Shown here: positions 15,812 through 23,794 of the stretch, one piece after another
Layout of the letters: the number at the start of each line of letters is the position of its first letter
Numbering within the stretch: position 1 is the first letter of the stretch
Origin: a virus
Lineage: Duplodnaviria; Caudoviricetes
DNA: 25,447 nucleotides
Strand: one strand, 5' to 3'
IMG/VR virus record: IMGVR_UViG_3300033076_000130
Coordinates: 1 to 25,447 of that record
Program-made: the position numbers and the translations under genes
The notes under the pieces: model-generated
The model's database searches: none
What the model saw: the letters and a program-made list of their open reading frames with translations, nothing else
What the model was told of the DNA's origin: nothing

Positions 15812-15817
15812 TATTTA
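15812..15817 (-). promoter_or_regulatory. Late promoter core TAAATA for the sheath gene, with SD AAGGA leader
   Basis: Minus strand GCTAAATATCATTAGCTAAGAAAAGGATTTACC-ATG. Confidence 0.72.
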
Positions 15818-15869
15818 GCGGATTATCCAAAAAGACGGCTCTACAGACGCCCTTACAGTAAGGTTTACC

Positions 15870-15877
15870 TATAAATA
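15870..15877 (+). promoter_or_regulatory. Perfect T4 late promoter TATAAATA, 4 nt before ATG 15882
   Basis: CCTATAAATAGTCC-ATG; divergent from the sheath promoter. Confidence 0.78.
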
Positions 15878-15881
15878 GTCC

Positions 15882-16229
15882 ATGTCAAGACCGATATGTC
15901 CAGCATGTAACCAACGACCACGAGCTATAAACTGTTATAGAGACGAGAGAGTATACTATCGTAGTCGCTGTGAGATATGCATCAAGAAGAATAAGAAAGT
16001 CAAGCCGCCAGTGCCTCGCTGGCAATCATCCGGGTATAAGAAAAAACCCGCATGTGACAAGTGCGGGTTTCGGGCAAGATATTCAGCTCAACTACTGGTA
16101 TATCATGTGGATGGAAATCTACACAACACAGACGTTCGCAATTTAAAAACTGTTTGCTTGAACTGTGTTGAAGAAATCAAACGCTCGGATCTTCCGTGGA
16201 AGAAAGGCGATCTTGAGCCAGATGCTTAA
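15882..16229 (+). CDS. Zinc-binding HNH-like protein
   Basis: CPAC...CEIC zinc ribbon, then CDKC...YHVDGNLHN...NLKTVCLNC (HNH treble clef). Confidence 0.8.
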   Translation: MSRPICPACNQRPRAINCYRDERVYYRSRCEICIKKNKKVKPPVPRWQSSGYKKKPACDKCGFRARYSAQLLVYHVDGNLHNTDVRNLKTVCLNCVEEIKRSDLPWKKGDLEPDA

Positions 16230-16842
16230 CTTGTTGATACAAATGATCTAGAGTCCCGTTGTTATCGATGATTTGATCAAAATCTGTACCAATCCATGAA
16301 TATTCACTGGCGTGAACACCGAGTTCGTCTAGCTTTTTCTTGCTTAGAGCCCAGCGACTATTGCCATTAGGACCACGATTGTATGCTACCGCAGCATTGT
16401 ACCACTCAGGTTCGTCCCCTCGTCTGATACGCACTACAATACCGCCTGCGGCTTTGATAGCTCGGATCTCGTTGGGAAAACGACAGTCTGTAATAACAAC
16501 ATCATCTGTGGTATTACGCAGTTTGTTTTCTAAACTAGCAATCCAAATGTCGTCGTGGAATCCAGTTCTCAACACATTTGTGCCCCATTGCTGTAGCACC
16601 CAACGTGGGGTAAGCTCGGGCATTTTAAGGCGTTCTGCCCACCATGGATCTACTTGCTCGCGCCACTCTCTTGAGTGTTTTGTGCGGCCTTCTAGCATGG
16701 TTCTGTCCCAACCGAACACTTGGCTCACAGCGTCTTTAAGGGTGTTAGCGAAACTTTCTCTACGAAAGTGATGTAAGTTTACAAGGTAGTCGGCTGCTGT
16801 ATCTTTGCCGGCTCCGATAAGTCCACAAATCCCAATGATCAT
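16177..16842 (-). CDS. Deoxynucleoside monophosphate kinase (T4 gp1-like)
   Basis: IIGICGLIGAGKDT P-loop, SFANTLKD, TPRWVLQQWGT, ITDCRFPNE, HASE, IDNNGT. Confidence 0.93.
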   Translation of the reverse strand: MIIGICGLIGAGKDTAADYLVNLHHFRRESFANTLKDAVSQVFGWDRTMLEGRTKHSREWREQVDPWWAERLKMPELTPRWVLQQWGTNVLRTGFHDDIWIASLENKLRNTTDDVVITDCRFPNEIRAIKAAGGIVVRIRRGDEPEWYNAAVAYNRGPNGNSRWALSKKKLDELGVHASEYSWIGTDFDQIIDNNGTLDHLYQQVKHLAQDRLSSTEDPSV

Positions 16843-17360
16843 TTCAACTCCGTTACGTTGAGATATTTAAGCGTATTTTGTAGCATGCCAATTTGTCTGC
16901 GGCAGTCTTCTAACGCATGGTGTGTTGTAGGCGGGATAGGTTGATCTGGCCACAGTGAAAATACTGTGCGACTATCGCGCACCATGTAGTATTTCCAGGG
17001 CAGTGGCTTGCGATAACTTTTATAAGCATGCTCTAGAATGTTCATGTCGTATGTTGGGCCTTGCGCCCATATCATTTTACTGTGCCAAATCAGCTTGCCT
17101 AATTCATCTAATGCTTGATCCAACGGAACTCTACCTTCTTCATTAAACGCTTCGTCCCGAACAACCGCAGGCTGGGTAGCCCACCACTCAATAGTGCCGT
17201 CGTCAATTATGCGATTTTCCTGGCTTTCCAAGGTCACACGGGCATAATAAGATTGCTCATAGTATCCTCGGCTAAACGGGTCAAAGGCTTGAGCAGCGAT
17301 AGTAAGGATAGTAGCATCTGGGCCAGTTGCTAAACCTTCTAAGTCGATCATTAAGTGCAT
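16839..17360 (-). CDS. DEDDh 3'-5' exonuclease (DexA/RNase AS-like)
   Basis: ExoI MIDLE, ExoII WAQGPTYD, RDSRT, ExoIII HHALEDC. Confidence 0.88.
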   Translation of the reverse strand: MHLMIDLEGLATGPDATILTIAAQAFDPFSRGYYEQSYYARVTLESQENRIIDDGTIEWWATQPAVVRDEAFNEEGRVPLDQALDELGKLIWHSKMIWAQGPTYDMNILEHAYKSYRKPLPWKYYMVRDSRTVFSLWPDQPIPPTTHHALEDCRRQIGMLQNTLKYLNVTELK

Positions 17361-17365
17361 ACTGC

Positions 17366-17395
17366 ATTATAGCAGATTTTATGCAGCGATGTCTA
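17366..17395 (-). promoter_or_regulatory. Sigma70-type early promoter TAGACA-N18-TATAAT with extended -10 TG, 5 nt before ATG 17360
   Basis: Minus strand TAGACA TCGCTGCATAAAATCTGC TATAAT GCAGT ATG. Confidence 0.7.
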
Positions 17396-18101
17396 TTCCA
17401 AAGGTGAGATTTATCCATTCTCGCATGGCATTTCGAGTAGGGTGAAGTTGATCAGATTCTAATCGTTCATTTGATTGATTAGCCCACTCAAACGGAGTAG
17501 TATCGAGTTTTATTTTTGACCAATCAATCAAATTATAATAAGCAGAGTCTTTGTCCACAGTGCCAAAATAATGCTCGTGTCTGGTGTGGGAATAATCCAA
17601 AAATGGATTGTAGATGAAACTCATTTGATACTCAACATCCAACTTTTCTAAAAAACTTTGGGTATAGAGTATATTACGCAAACTATTATCTGTTAAGTAT
17701 CGATTGTCAGCGCCGAGATATTGTGTTTTAAAAATTTGTCTTATATCGCCCGGGCAGGTACTGTCCCATGTCCAAGATCCTGCTTGGCCACCTGAGTGAT
17801 ACCACACAGATCCTTCAAGTGGTGTGCAAAAACTATATGCTGGATTTCCTTCCCAAGCGCCGGGGTAAGTTTCGTGTAGCTCTCTAGTAATAACTGTGTC
17901 TAAGCGATTAATCCCAGTCCAGATAACAACAACTTTATCGTAATTATTTCGCGAACACTCATACGCAACCCTGGCTGCTATAGCTTGGTTGCCAGTGCCG
18001 CTGGTTGCTTTTACTGCGATGTGGGGATGTAGTTTCCAAGATGTAGTTGTTTGTTCGCCCAGTGTGCTACAAAAACTACAACCAACAATCAATGTTTTCA
18101 A
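17379..18101 (-). CDS. SGNH/GDSL hydrolase-like protein
   Basis: IVGCSF (block I), SGTGN (block II), VIWTGINR, DQLHPT (DxxH, block V). Confidence 0.75.
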   Translation of the reverse strand: MKTLIVGCSFCSTLGEQTTTSWKLHPHIAVKATSGTGNQAIAARVAYECSRNNYDKVVVIWTGINRLDTVITRELHETYPGAWEGNPAYSFCTPLEGSVWYHSGGQAGSWTWDSTCPGDIRQIFKTQYLGADNRYLTDNSLRNILYTQSFLEKLDVEYQMSFIYNPFLDYSHTRHEHYFGTVDKDSAYYNLIDWSKIKLDTTPFEWANQSNERLESDQLHPTRNAMREWINLTFGIDIAA

Positions 18102-18863
18102 TTATCCAATGACCCAGGTTAAAGGTTGTGATCCATCCACATAGGTTTTGAGTTGCTCAATCAAGGCGTCCATTTGTGTCTGTGCTTCTGCTTTCATTGC
18201 AGTTCCGTTAAGTGTGCCGCCACCTTGTGGCCCTGCAATTGTTCCAAACTTTTCACGGGCTTCACCTATCATCAACTTACAGTTAGCAACCATGTAATCG
18301 CGGATCCATTGACGGATTTGGAAGTCGCTCAACAAGTTGATTTCGGGCTTTAAGTTGTCTGTCCAGAGCAGGACGTTTTCGCCTGTACCGCGCCAGTCAC
18401 GTGCCATTTGAATCTTCTTTGTAACAGGGTTCCATGTAAACACAACATATTGACCGAACATACGTCCTGCTAGCTCAACATACTGAGTGTAGAAGTCATA
18501 AGTTGCTAGACCACCAGCAACGTTAAAGTTCATCAAATAAACGTTTAAACTTGCTTGTGTAAATGGGTCAAAGTTTGTGGCGTATGGACCTTGTGAGTTA
18601 CCAAATGTTCTACGGAATACTTGGCGCACATTAATAACTTCTTGCGGAAGTGTGTAAATGTTAACGTCCTGAACTAACTCCAAGAAGCTGTAGCTTTCTT
18701 CGTAGGCATTTTGAGCACGTTGGCGATAAGTGCCAATTGTTTTTTGATATGCCGCTTCGTAATGATCCGGGTCGAGTTCTACGTCGATCATGCCACTGCC
18801 CAATTGCAGTTGCACATAATTAATAAGATCTTGTTTTAGAACGTCTAGTGTATTTTCAGCCAT
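18102..18863 (-). CDS. Neck/head-tail adaptor protein (gp13-like)
   Basis: LGSGMIDVELD, WIRDYMVA.CK..IGEAREKF..IAGPQGG.TLNG..MK.EA, P.TWVIG terminus. Confidence 0.87.
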   Translation of the reverse strand: MAENTLDVLKQDLINYVQLQLGSGMIDVELDPDHYEAAYQKTIGTYRQRAQNAYEESYSFLELVQDVNIYTLPQEVINVRQVFRRTFGNSQGPYATNFDPFTQASLNVYLMNFNVAGGLATYDFYTQYVELAGRMFGQYVVFTWNPVTKKIQMARDWRGTGENVLLWTDNLKPEINLLSDFQIRQWIRDYMVANCKLMIGEAREKFGTIAGPQGGGTLNGTAMKAEAQTQMDALIEQLKTYVDGSQPLTWVIG

Positions 18864-18888
18864 ATAGGGAACTCCGTCCCTATATTTA
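18862..18888 (-). promoter_or_regulatory. Late promoter TAAATA (18883-18888) overlapping a perfect 9-bp hairpin that covers the gp13-like SD and start codon
   Basis: Minus strand CTAA-ATATAGGGA-CGGAGT-TCCCTATAT-G. Confidence 0.78.
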
Positions 18889-18890
18889 GC

Positions 18891-20021
18891 TTACCACACA
18901 CGGAGGACAATTAGGTTTTCAGTCCCACGAGCGTTCCATGCTACTTCAGTGGCTTTGATATCCTTGAAGTATTTGCGAGCAGCTGGTTTGCCAACAGTTG
19001 TAATCTGCTTGAGTTGCTCTGCTGGCTTGCGAAGCGTTTTTTGCACAGTTTCTACAGTAGAGAACCCAATGATTGAGTTGTTCTTAACTGTAAACACTTT
19101 GGCATACTCATCTGCCACAAGGTGGATAAGTTTGCGCTTCTTGCTGTCATACAACCATGCTTCGCTCTTGTCCACAAGTTGTGCAGCCGGTAGGCTCTTG
19201 AGTTTGAGTTCTGCAAATTCCGGTTGAATCTTAAACTTAGCCGCTTTCTTCTCTGGAGGTACTGCCTTGACTTTGCGTGGCTTGCGTTCCACTTTCTTGA
19301 TCTGCACATAAGAGCCACAGTCACTCAGTACCAATTCGCAAAACTTAACGCATTGCTTGAGTTGATTCTTGTTCATGTAGTCATATGCTTTAACTAAGTC
19401 AGCATCTTTACCTGCAACAGCATCTTCAAACTCAGCAAGATTCTTAGTCCACTTGTCTTTAACAAGGCTAATCATTTGCGGAGCGATGTTCATGCTTCGC
19501 ATCAGTGCCACAGGTTTGTAGTCAGCATTGAGCTTGGCACCGTTAACAATAAATTCGTCAAACAGTCCATCGAGTTCGCCCATGAACTCTGACACTTTTT
19601 CACGCAACCGATCCTGGATAGTGAGTCTAGCAGGAGCATTTTCATCCACTGCTTCTTCTTCCTTGGGCTCGTCTTTGATTGCCAACAGCTCTTTAATAAG
19701 GTTGTCCAACTTAATTTGCTCATGCTCATCAAGTTGCAGGCCCATCAAGCTCATGCGGGCAAGCCAGCCTGTGGTCAATCGCATTTGGCTGTCACTCAGG
19801 GCGCGAATTTGTTTTGCATCTTTGGTGCGATCATGTGCATCCAAGTAAACGCAAACAAACTCTTTGGCTTCCTTTTTGCCGTAGAAGTAATTGTACCAGT
19901 TGAACGCACGAGTAAGAGCTGTAAAACGTTCCTCTGTAGGCTGGATAGCCCAAGTAGGCTCAAGCCCCACATACTTTGTATCTGGGCTACGAGGATTCAG
20001 TGGTTTGAGAGAAACTTTCAT
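18891..20021 (-). CDS. Hypothetical early protein with a basic C-terminal domain
   Basis: 376 aa; consensus sigma70 promoter and SD AAGGAG; K/R-rich linker KKVERKPRKVKAVPPEKK. Confidence 0.8.
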   Translation of the reverse strand: MKVSLKPLNPRSPDTKYVGLEPTWAIQPTEERFTALTRAFNWYNYFYGKKEAKEFVCVYLDAHDRTKDAKQIRALSDSQMRLTTGWLARMSLMGLQLDEHEQIKLDNLIKELLAIKDEPKEEEAVDENAPARLTIQDRLREKVSEFMGELDGLFDEFIVNGAKLNADYKPVALMRSMNIAPQMISLVKDKWTKNLAEFEDAVAGKDADLVKAYDYMNKNQLKQCVKFCELVLSDCGSYVQIKKVERKPRKVKAVPPEKKAAKFKIQPEFAELKLKSLPAAQLVDKSEAWLYDSKKRKLIHLVADEYAKVFTVKNNSIIGFSTVETVQKTLRKPAEQLKQITTVGKPAARKYFKDIKATEVAWNARGTENLIVLRVW

Positions 20022-20045
20022 TACGGCTCCTTATGTAATCGTGTA

Positions 20046-20074
20046 ATTATAACACTTTTTGGTTAATTGGTCAA
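20046..20074 (-). promoter_or_regulatory. Sigma70-type early promoter TTGACC-N17-TATAAT with extended -10
   Basis: Minus strand TTGACC AATTAACCAAAAAGTGT TATAAT. Confidence 0.82.
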
Positions 20075-20338
20075 GTTCGCAGAAAGTAATACTAAAGTAA
20101 GATCTGCTTCATTGCGGAATGTAATCCAGTATGGGCGCACATCGTAACGGCCCGAACGATCACCGTAGTAGTGGTACCAGCTGTGCTCAGGCATCCAGCC
20201 AGCACTATCAAACCGGTCCCGGCAAATCTTTTCAATTTTCCCTGCGTCCTTTGTGTAGCCGTTTGGGAACTTCAAGGCGATAGTATGCCCTTGTTCTTTG
20301 TATTGCTTAAAGCGACGGTTTAACTTAACAATTTTCAT
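20063..20338 (-). CDS. Hypothetical early protein (91 aa; start corrected to ATG 20338)
   Basis: The ORF-track TTG at 20344 abuts the -10 box; ATG 20338 (MKIVKL) lies 6 nt after TATAAT. Confidence 0.72.
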   Translation of the reverse strand: MKIVKLNRRFKQYKEQGHTIALKFPNGYTKDAGKIEKICRDRFDSAGWMPEHSWYHYYGDRSGRYDVRPYWITFRNEADLTLVLLSANLTN

Positions 20339-20344
20339 ACCCAA

Positions 20345-20373
20345 ATTATAGCAGTTTTGGATTTATTGGTCAA
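20345..20373 (-). promoter_or_regulatory. Sigma70-type early promoter TTGACC-N17-TATAAT with extended -10
   Basis: Minus strand TTGACC AATAAATCCAAAACTGC TATAAT TTGGGT ATG. Confidence 0.82.
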
Positions 20374-20624
20374 ACATACATTAAACGGGCAAGGGTTAAG
20401 TGCTTTTCTAGGTTGACAATTAATTCTTCTGCTTGTGCTCTCAAGGTGTTGTAATGACTAGTAATTTTGTTTAACCTACGGCATTCCACGCTTTCGCTGT
20501 CCAGCTTATTTAGAGCAGAGTCTACTGCACCCAGCATTTTAAGCAAATCGCGGCGTGCCATACGATTGTTTATGTTTAAAATTTGGTCTGAGCAATCTGT
20601 TGCTCTTTGGTATAACTCGTCCAT
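20370..20624 (-). CDS. Hypothetical helical early protein (84 aa)
   Basis: Coiled-coil-like; directly after a perfect sigma70 promoter. Confidence 0.72.
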   Translation of the reverse strand: MDELYQRATDCSDQILNINNRMARRDLLKMLGAVDSALNKLDSESVECRRLNKITSHYNTLRAQAEELIVNLEKHLTLARLMYV

Positions 20625-20630
20625 AATCCT

Positions 20631-20659
20631 ATTATATACCCAAAATCATTTGCTGTCAA
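20631..20659 (-). promoter_or_regulatory. Perfect consensus sigma70 promoter TTGACA-N17-TATAAT, 6 nt before ATG 20624
   Basis: Minus strand TTGACA GCAAATGATTTTGGGTA TATAAT AGGATT ATG. Confidence 0.88.
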
Positions 20660-20667
20660 ACTACCCA

Positions 20668-20673
20668 TAAATA
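20668..20673 (+). promoter_or_regulatory. Late promoter core TAAATA, 6 nt before ATG 20680
   Basis: CCCATAAATAACAGTT-ATG; no SD. Confidence 0.7.
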
Positions 20674-20679
20674 ACAGTT

Positions 20680-21978
20680 ATGCCACGCTTGAGTTTATAC
20701 CGTCCCAATCGCACAAACGATTACCAATTCTTTGACCGCACAATCAGCGAAATGTTCACTGTAGGCGGGCTTGACATGTATGTCCACAAATATTTAGGTC
20801 CAGCCACAGGCGATGCCGGGGACAACGACGCTACATTGCCGGTTTACGATCAATCAAACCCGCTGTTTATTGAAGATTTGCTGTTGCTAGAAAACCGTGA
20901 TCGCAAATACGATCAGGATGTTTATATCATGCGCGGTGTTTATCGTCAACAAGACATTGATTTTAACTTGAGTCAATTTGGGTTGTTCTTAAACAACGAT
21001 ACGCTGTTTATTAGCTTTCACTACAATGACATGATTGATACATTTGGTCGTAAGTTAATGAGCGGCGATGTGTTAGAGTTACCTAACTTAACAGATTATC
21101 ACCCACTGAACAAAACCATTAACAAAGCTCTACCACGATACTACGTTATCCAAGAAGGAAACTTTGGCAGCGAGGGTTTCAGCCAAACTTGGTTGCCACA
21201 CATCTGGCGTGTAAAAGCAACACCAATGGTCAACGCACAAGAATATCATGACATTACAGATAAACCGTTTGAGCCAGACAATATCTGGGACAATGGTAAC
21301 TTTTATCCGTCAGGGTCTACTGTGCTCGATGGCAATACATATTACGAGTCAACGCAAAATGTTCCACCAGGAACACCTATTACAGATACAAACTACTGGC
21401 GTCCGAAAGACCCAGCAACAATTTCAGATCAAATGTCTACAAGACCTGTTGACCTTGCACTCAATGATGCTATACTTGTCCAAGCAGAAGTTGAGTTGCC
21501 ATTGTCGGGTTATGACACTGTTAAATTTTATATTTTGCCCACAACAGAAGATGGGCAACCAGCTTCAAGTGGCCTAACAACTGATAACACAAATACCACT
21601 GTTGATAGCACAGAAGGCGGTGAAGGCACTACGCCTAGAAGTGATGGATACACACTAGGCTACTTAACCGGCGATGGCATTGCACCAAACGGATTGCCCG
21701 TAACACCTGGTGTTAGTTTTCCGCCAAACCCTGTATCCGGAGATTATTGCTTACGTCTAGATTATTTCCCAAATCGTTTATTCCGTTTCAACGGTGCTTC
21801 TTGGACAAAAATTGAAGATAAGGTTCGCACAGGTCTCGACTTTGCTGAAAACGCCAAGACGCTACGTGCCGGATTTGTCAATAACACAAACACAGTTCAA
21901 ACCAACGATCGCGGTACTATCCCAAGTCGCCAGAGTCTATCACAAATTCTCAAACCCAACGCCGATAACGGAGGTTAA
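20680..21978 (+). CDS. Neck/head-closure protein (gp14-like) with added C-terminal modules
   Basis: LSQFGLFL.ND.LFI.FH, GRKLM.GDVLELP, YYVIQE, WLPHIWRVK pattern; positioned before the gp15-like gene. Confidence 0.75.
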   Translation: MPRLSLYRPNRTNDYQFFDRTISEMFTVGGLDMYVHKYLGPATGDAGDNDATLPVYDQSNPLFIEDLLLLENRDRKYDQDVYIMRGVYRQQDIDFNLSQFGLFLNNDTLFISFHYNDMIDTFGRKLMSGDVLELPNLTDYHPLNKTINKALPRYYVIQEGNFGSEGFSQTWLPHIWRVKATPMVNAQEYHDITDKPFEPDNIWDNGNFYPSGSTVLDGNTYYESTQNVPPGTPITDTNYWRPKDPATISDQMSTRPVDLALNDAILVQAEVELPLSGYDTVKFYILPTTEDGQPASSGLTTDNTNTTVDSTEGGEGTTPRSDGYTLGYLTGDGIAPNGLPVTPGVSFPPNPVSGDYCLRLDYFPNRLFRFNGASWTKIEDKVRTGLDFAENAKTLRAGFVNNTNTVQTNDRGTIPSRQSLSQILKPNADNGG

Positions 21979-21980
21979 CA

Positions 21981-23375
21981 ATGGCAGGTCCACTATTTTT
22001 CTACGACGAACAGATACGTCGTTTCTTACTACAGTTTGCTAGAATTTTTTCAAACTTTCAAGTTGAATACGGTCGCAACGAAGAAGGTACGCAACACACC
22101 TTGATTCGTGTACCAGTTCGTTACGGAGATTCAACTCGACAGGTGTCAACTGTAATGCAGAACAACTCTCCTAACGCATTGCCTAGCACTCCTCTAATGA
22201 CGTTTTATATTACCAGTTTAGATTACGATCGTCCACGTATGCAAGAACCGTATCATGTTAGCAAGATGAATGTGCGTCAACGTTACTATGATACAAATAC
22301 TGACACGTATGAAGTAACTCAAGGTAATGCATTTACCATTGAGCGTTTAATGCCTGTGCCTTATAGTTTAACTATTAACTTGGACATTTGGACGTCAAAT
22401 ACCAATCAAAAGTTTCAACTACTAGAACAGATTATTCCGTTGTTTAATCCTGCTCTAGAAATTCAAAGCACCGACAACTTCATTGACTGGACTTCGTTAA
22501 CTGTGGTTGAACTAGACTCTACCCGTTGGTCTAGTAGAACTATACCTGTGGGAACCGAAGACCCAATTGATATTGCTACACTAACATTTAAAATTCCAAT
22601 TTGGATTAGCTCACCTGCTAAAGTTAAGAAACTTGGCGTTGTTGAACGCATTGTGGCATCAATTTACGATGCCAATGGTGATGCTAGTATTGCTATCACT
22701 GATAACGATTTACTAATGGGTACGCGACAAATCTTTACACCATACAATTATCAAGTTTTGTTGATTGGTAACAAATTACAAGCATTGCGTCCACAACAAG
22801 TTGTTGATCAACCAAACACTAGTTTAAATCCAGCTGATTCACCAGCAAGTAACCTAATGTGGCATGCAGTAATCGGAGATCTTGGTGTTCTTCGAGAAGG
22901 TGTGAGTTTAATTAAACTAGAACAAGAAGATGGCACCGAAGTCATGGGAACAGTTGCTTATGACCCAACTGATGATAGATTTTTGTTGTTTAATGTGAAC
23001 GTTGATACTATCCCAGCCAATACACTCGGACCTATTAATGCTGTGATTAACCCACTTGCATCCGGTCCCGGGGAAGGGCTACCGGTTGCAGCAGTTGGCC
23101 AACGATACTTGCTTACCGAAGATACAGGCAGCGAAGATGGCTACGCACAGGCCTGGGCAGGAGCGTTTGGACAATACTTAATTGCAAAAGCAAATGATAT
23201 TGTCGAGTATGACGGTAGTAGATGGATAGTTGTTTTTGACAGCGAGAATAGCACAGTAAATAAGCAATATGTTACCAATCTCACTTCAGAACTACAATAT
23301 GAATGGACCGGTTCTTCGTGGATTAAAAGTTATCAAGGACTTTATCCCGGAGGAACATGGAGTCTAGTCTTGTAA
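21981..23375 (+). CDS. Tail sheath terminator/stabiliser (gp15-like) with C-terminal extension
   Basis: FFYDEQIRRF..QF..IFSN, RVPVRYG, MPVPY.L...LDIW, QLLEQI.PLFNP, LTF; SD GGAGG. Confidence 0.88.
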   Translation: MAGPLFFYDEQIRRFLLQFARIFSNFQVEYGRNEEGTQHTLIRVPVRYGDSTRQVSTVMQNNSPNALPSTPLMTFYITSLDYDRPRMQEPYHVSKMNVRQRYYDTNTDTYEVTQGNAFTIERLMPVPYSLTINLDIWTSNTNQKFQLLEQIIPLFNPALEIQSTDNFIDWTSLTVVELDSTRWSSRTIPVGTEDPIDIATLTFKIPIWISSPAKVKKLGVVERIVASIYDANGDASIAITDNDLLMGTRQIFTPYNYQVLLIGNKLQALRPQQVVDQPNTSLNPADSPASNLMWHAVIGDLGVLREGVSLIKLEQEDGTEVMGTVAYDPTDDRFLLFNVNVDTIPANTLGPINAVINPLASGPGEGLPVAAVGQRYLLTEDTGSEDGYAQAWAGAFGQYLIAKANDIVEYDGSRWIVVFDSENSTVNKQYVTNLTSELQYEWTGSSWIKSYQGLYPGGTWSLVL

Positions 23376-23794
23376 ACGCAGTTGGTATACTTTTCTATTC
23401 ACTAGATACCCAACGCTATCTTTATCTATTACGCAACGATCCAAGACATCCTGGATCTTGGGGACTGCCTGGTGGCAAAATGGACGCTGCCGAAACACTC
23501 ATTCAAACCATTGAACGCGAATGTTTAGAAGAAATGGGATTTATGCCAGAGTATCTTAGACTAGCGCCATTGGAAAAATTCACATCAGCCGATGGTAAAT
23601 TTGTATACCATACATTTTTTTGTAGCGTAAAGAACGAATTTGTTCCTGTGCTCAACGACGAGCACACTGGGTGGGCGTGGATTGCATCCGGACATTGGCC
23701 GAAACCAATGCATCCAGGACTATGGTCTACAGTAAACTTTGAAGCAGTAAAAGATAAAGTTACTGCCATGGAAAGAAGTTATATATCGCAATAG
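23357..23794 (+). CDS. Nudix hydrolase
   Basis: WGLPGGKMDAAETLIQTIERECLEEMG Nudix box; LNDEH..WAW. Confidence 0.9.
   Translation: MESSLVNAVGILFYSLDTQRYLYLLRNDPRHPGSWGLPGGKMDAAETLIQTIERECLEEMGFMPEYLRLAPLEKFTSADGKFVYHTFFCSVKNEFVPVLNDEHTGWAWIASGHWPKPMHPGLWSTVNFEAVKDKVTAMERSYISQ

Noticed and set aside
9152-18873. 11-mer TATAGGGAACT shared (inverted) by two late leaders at 9152-9162 and 18863-18873
   Set aside because: Opposite orientation relative to the genes and only two copies; plausibly chance.
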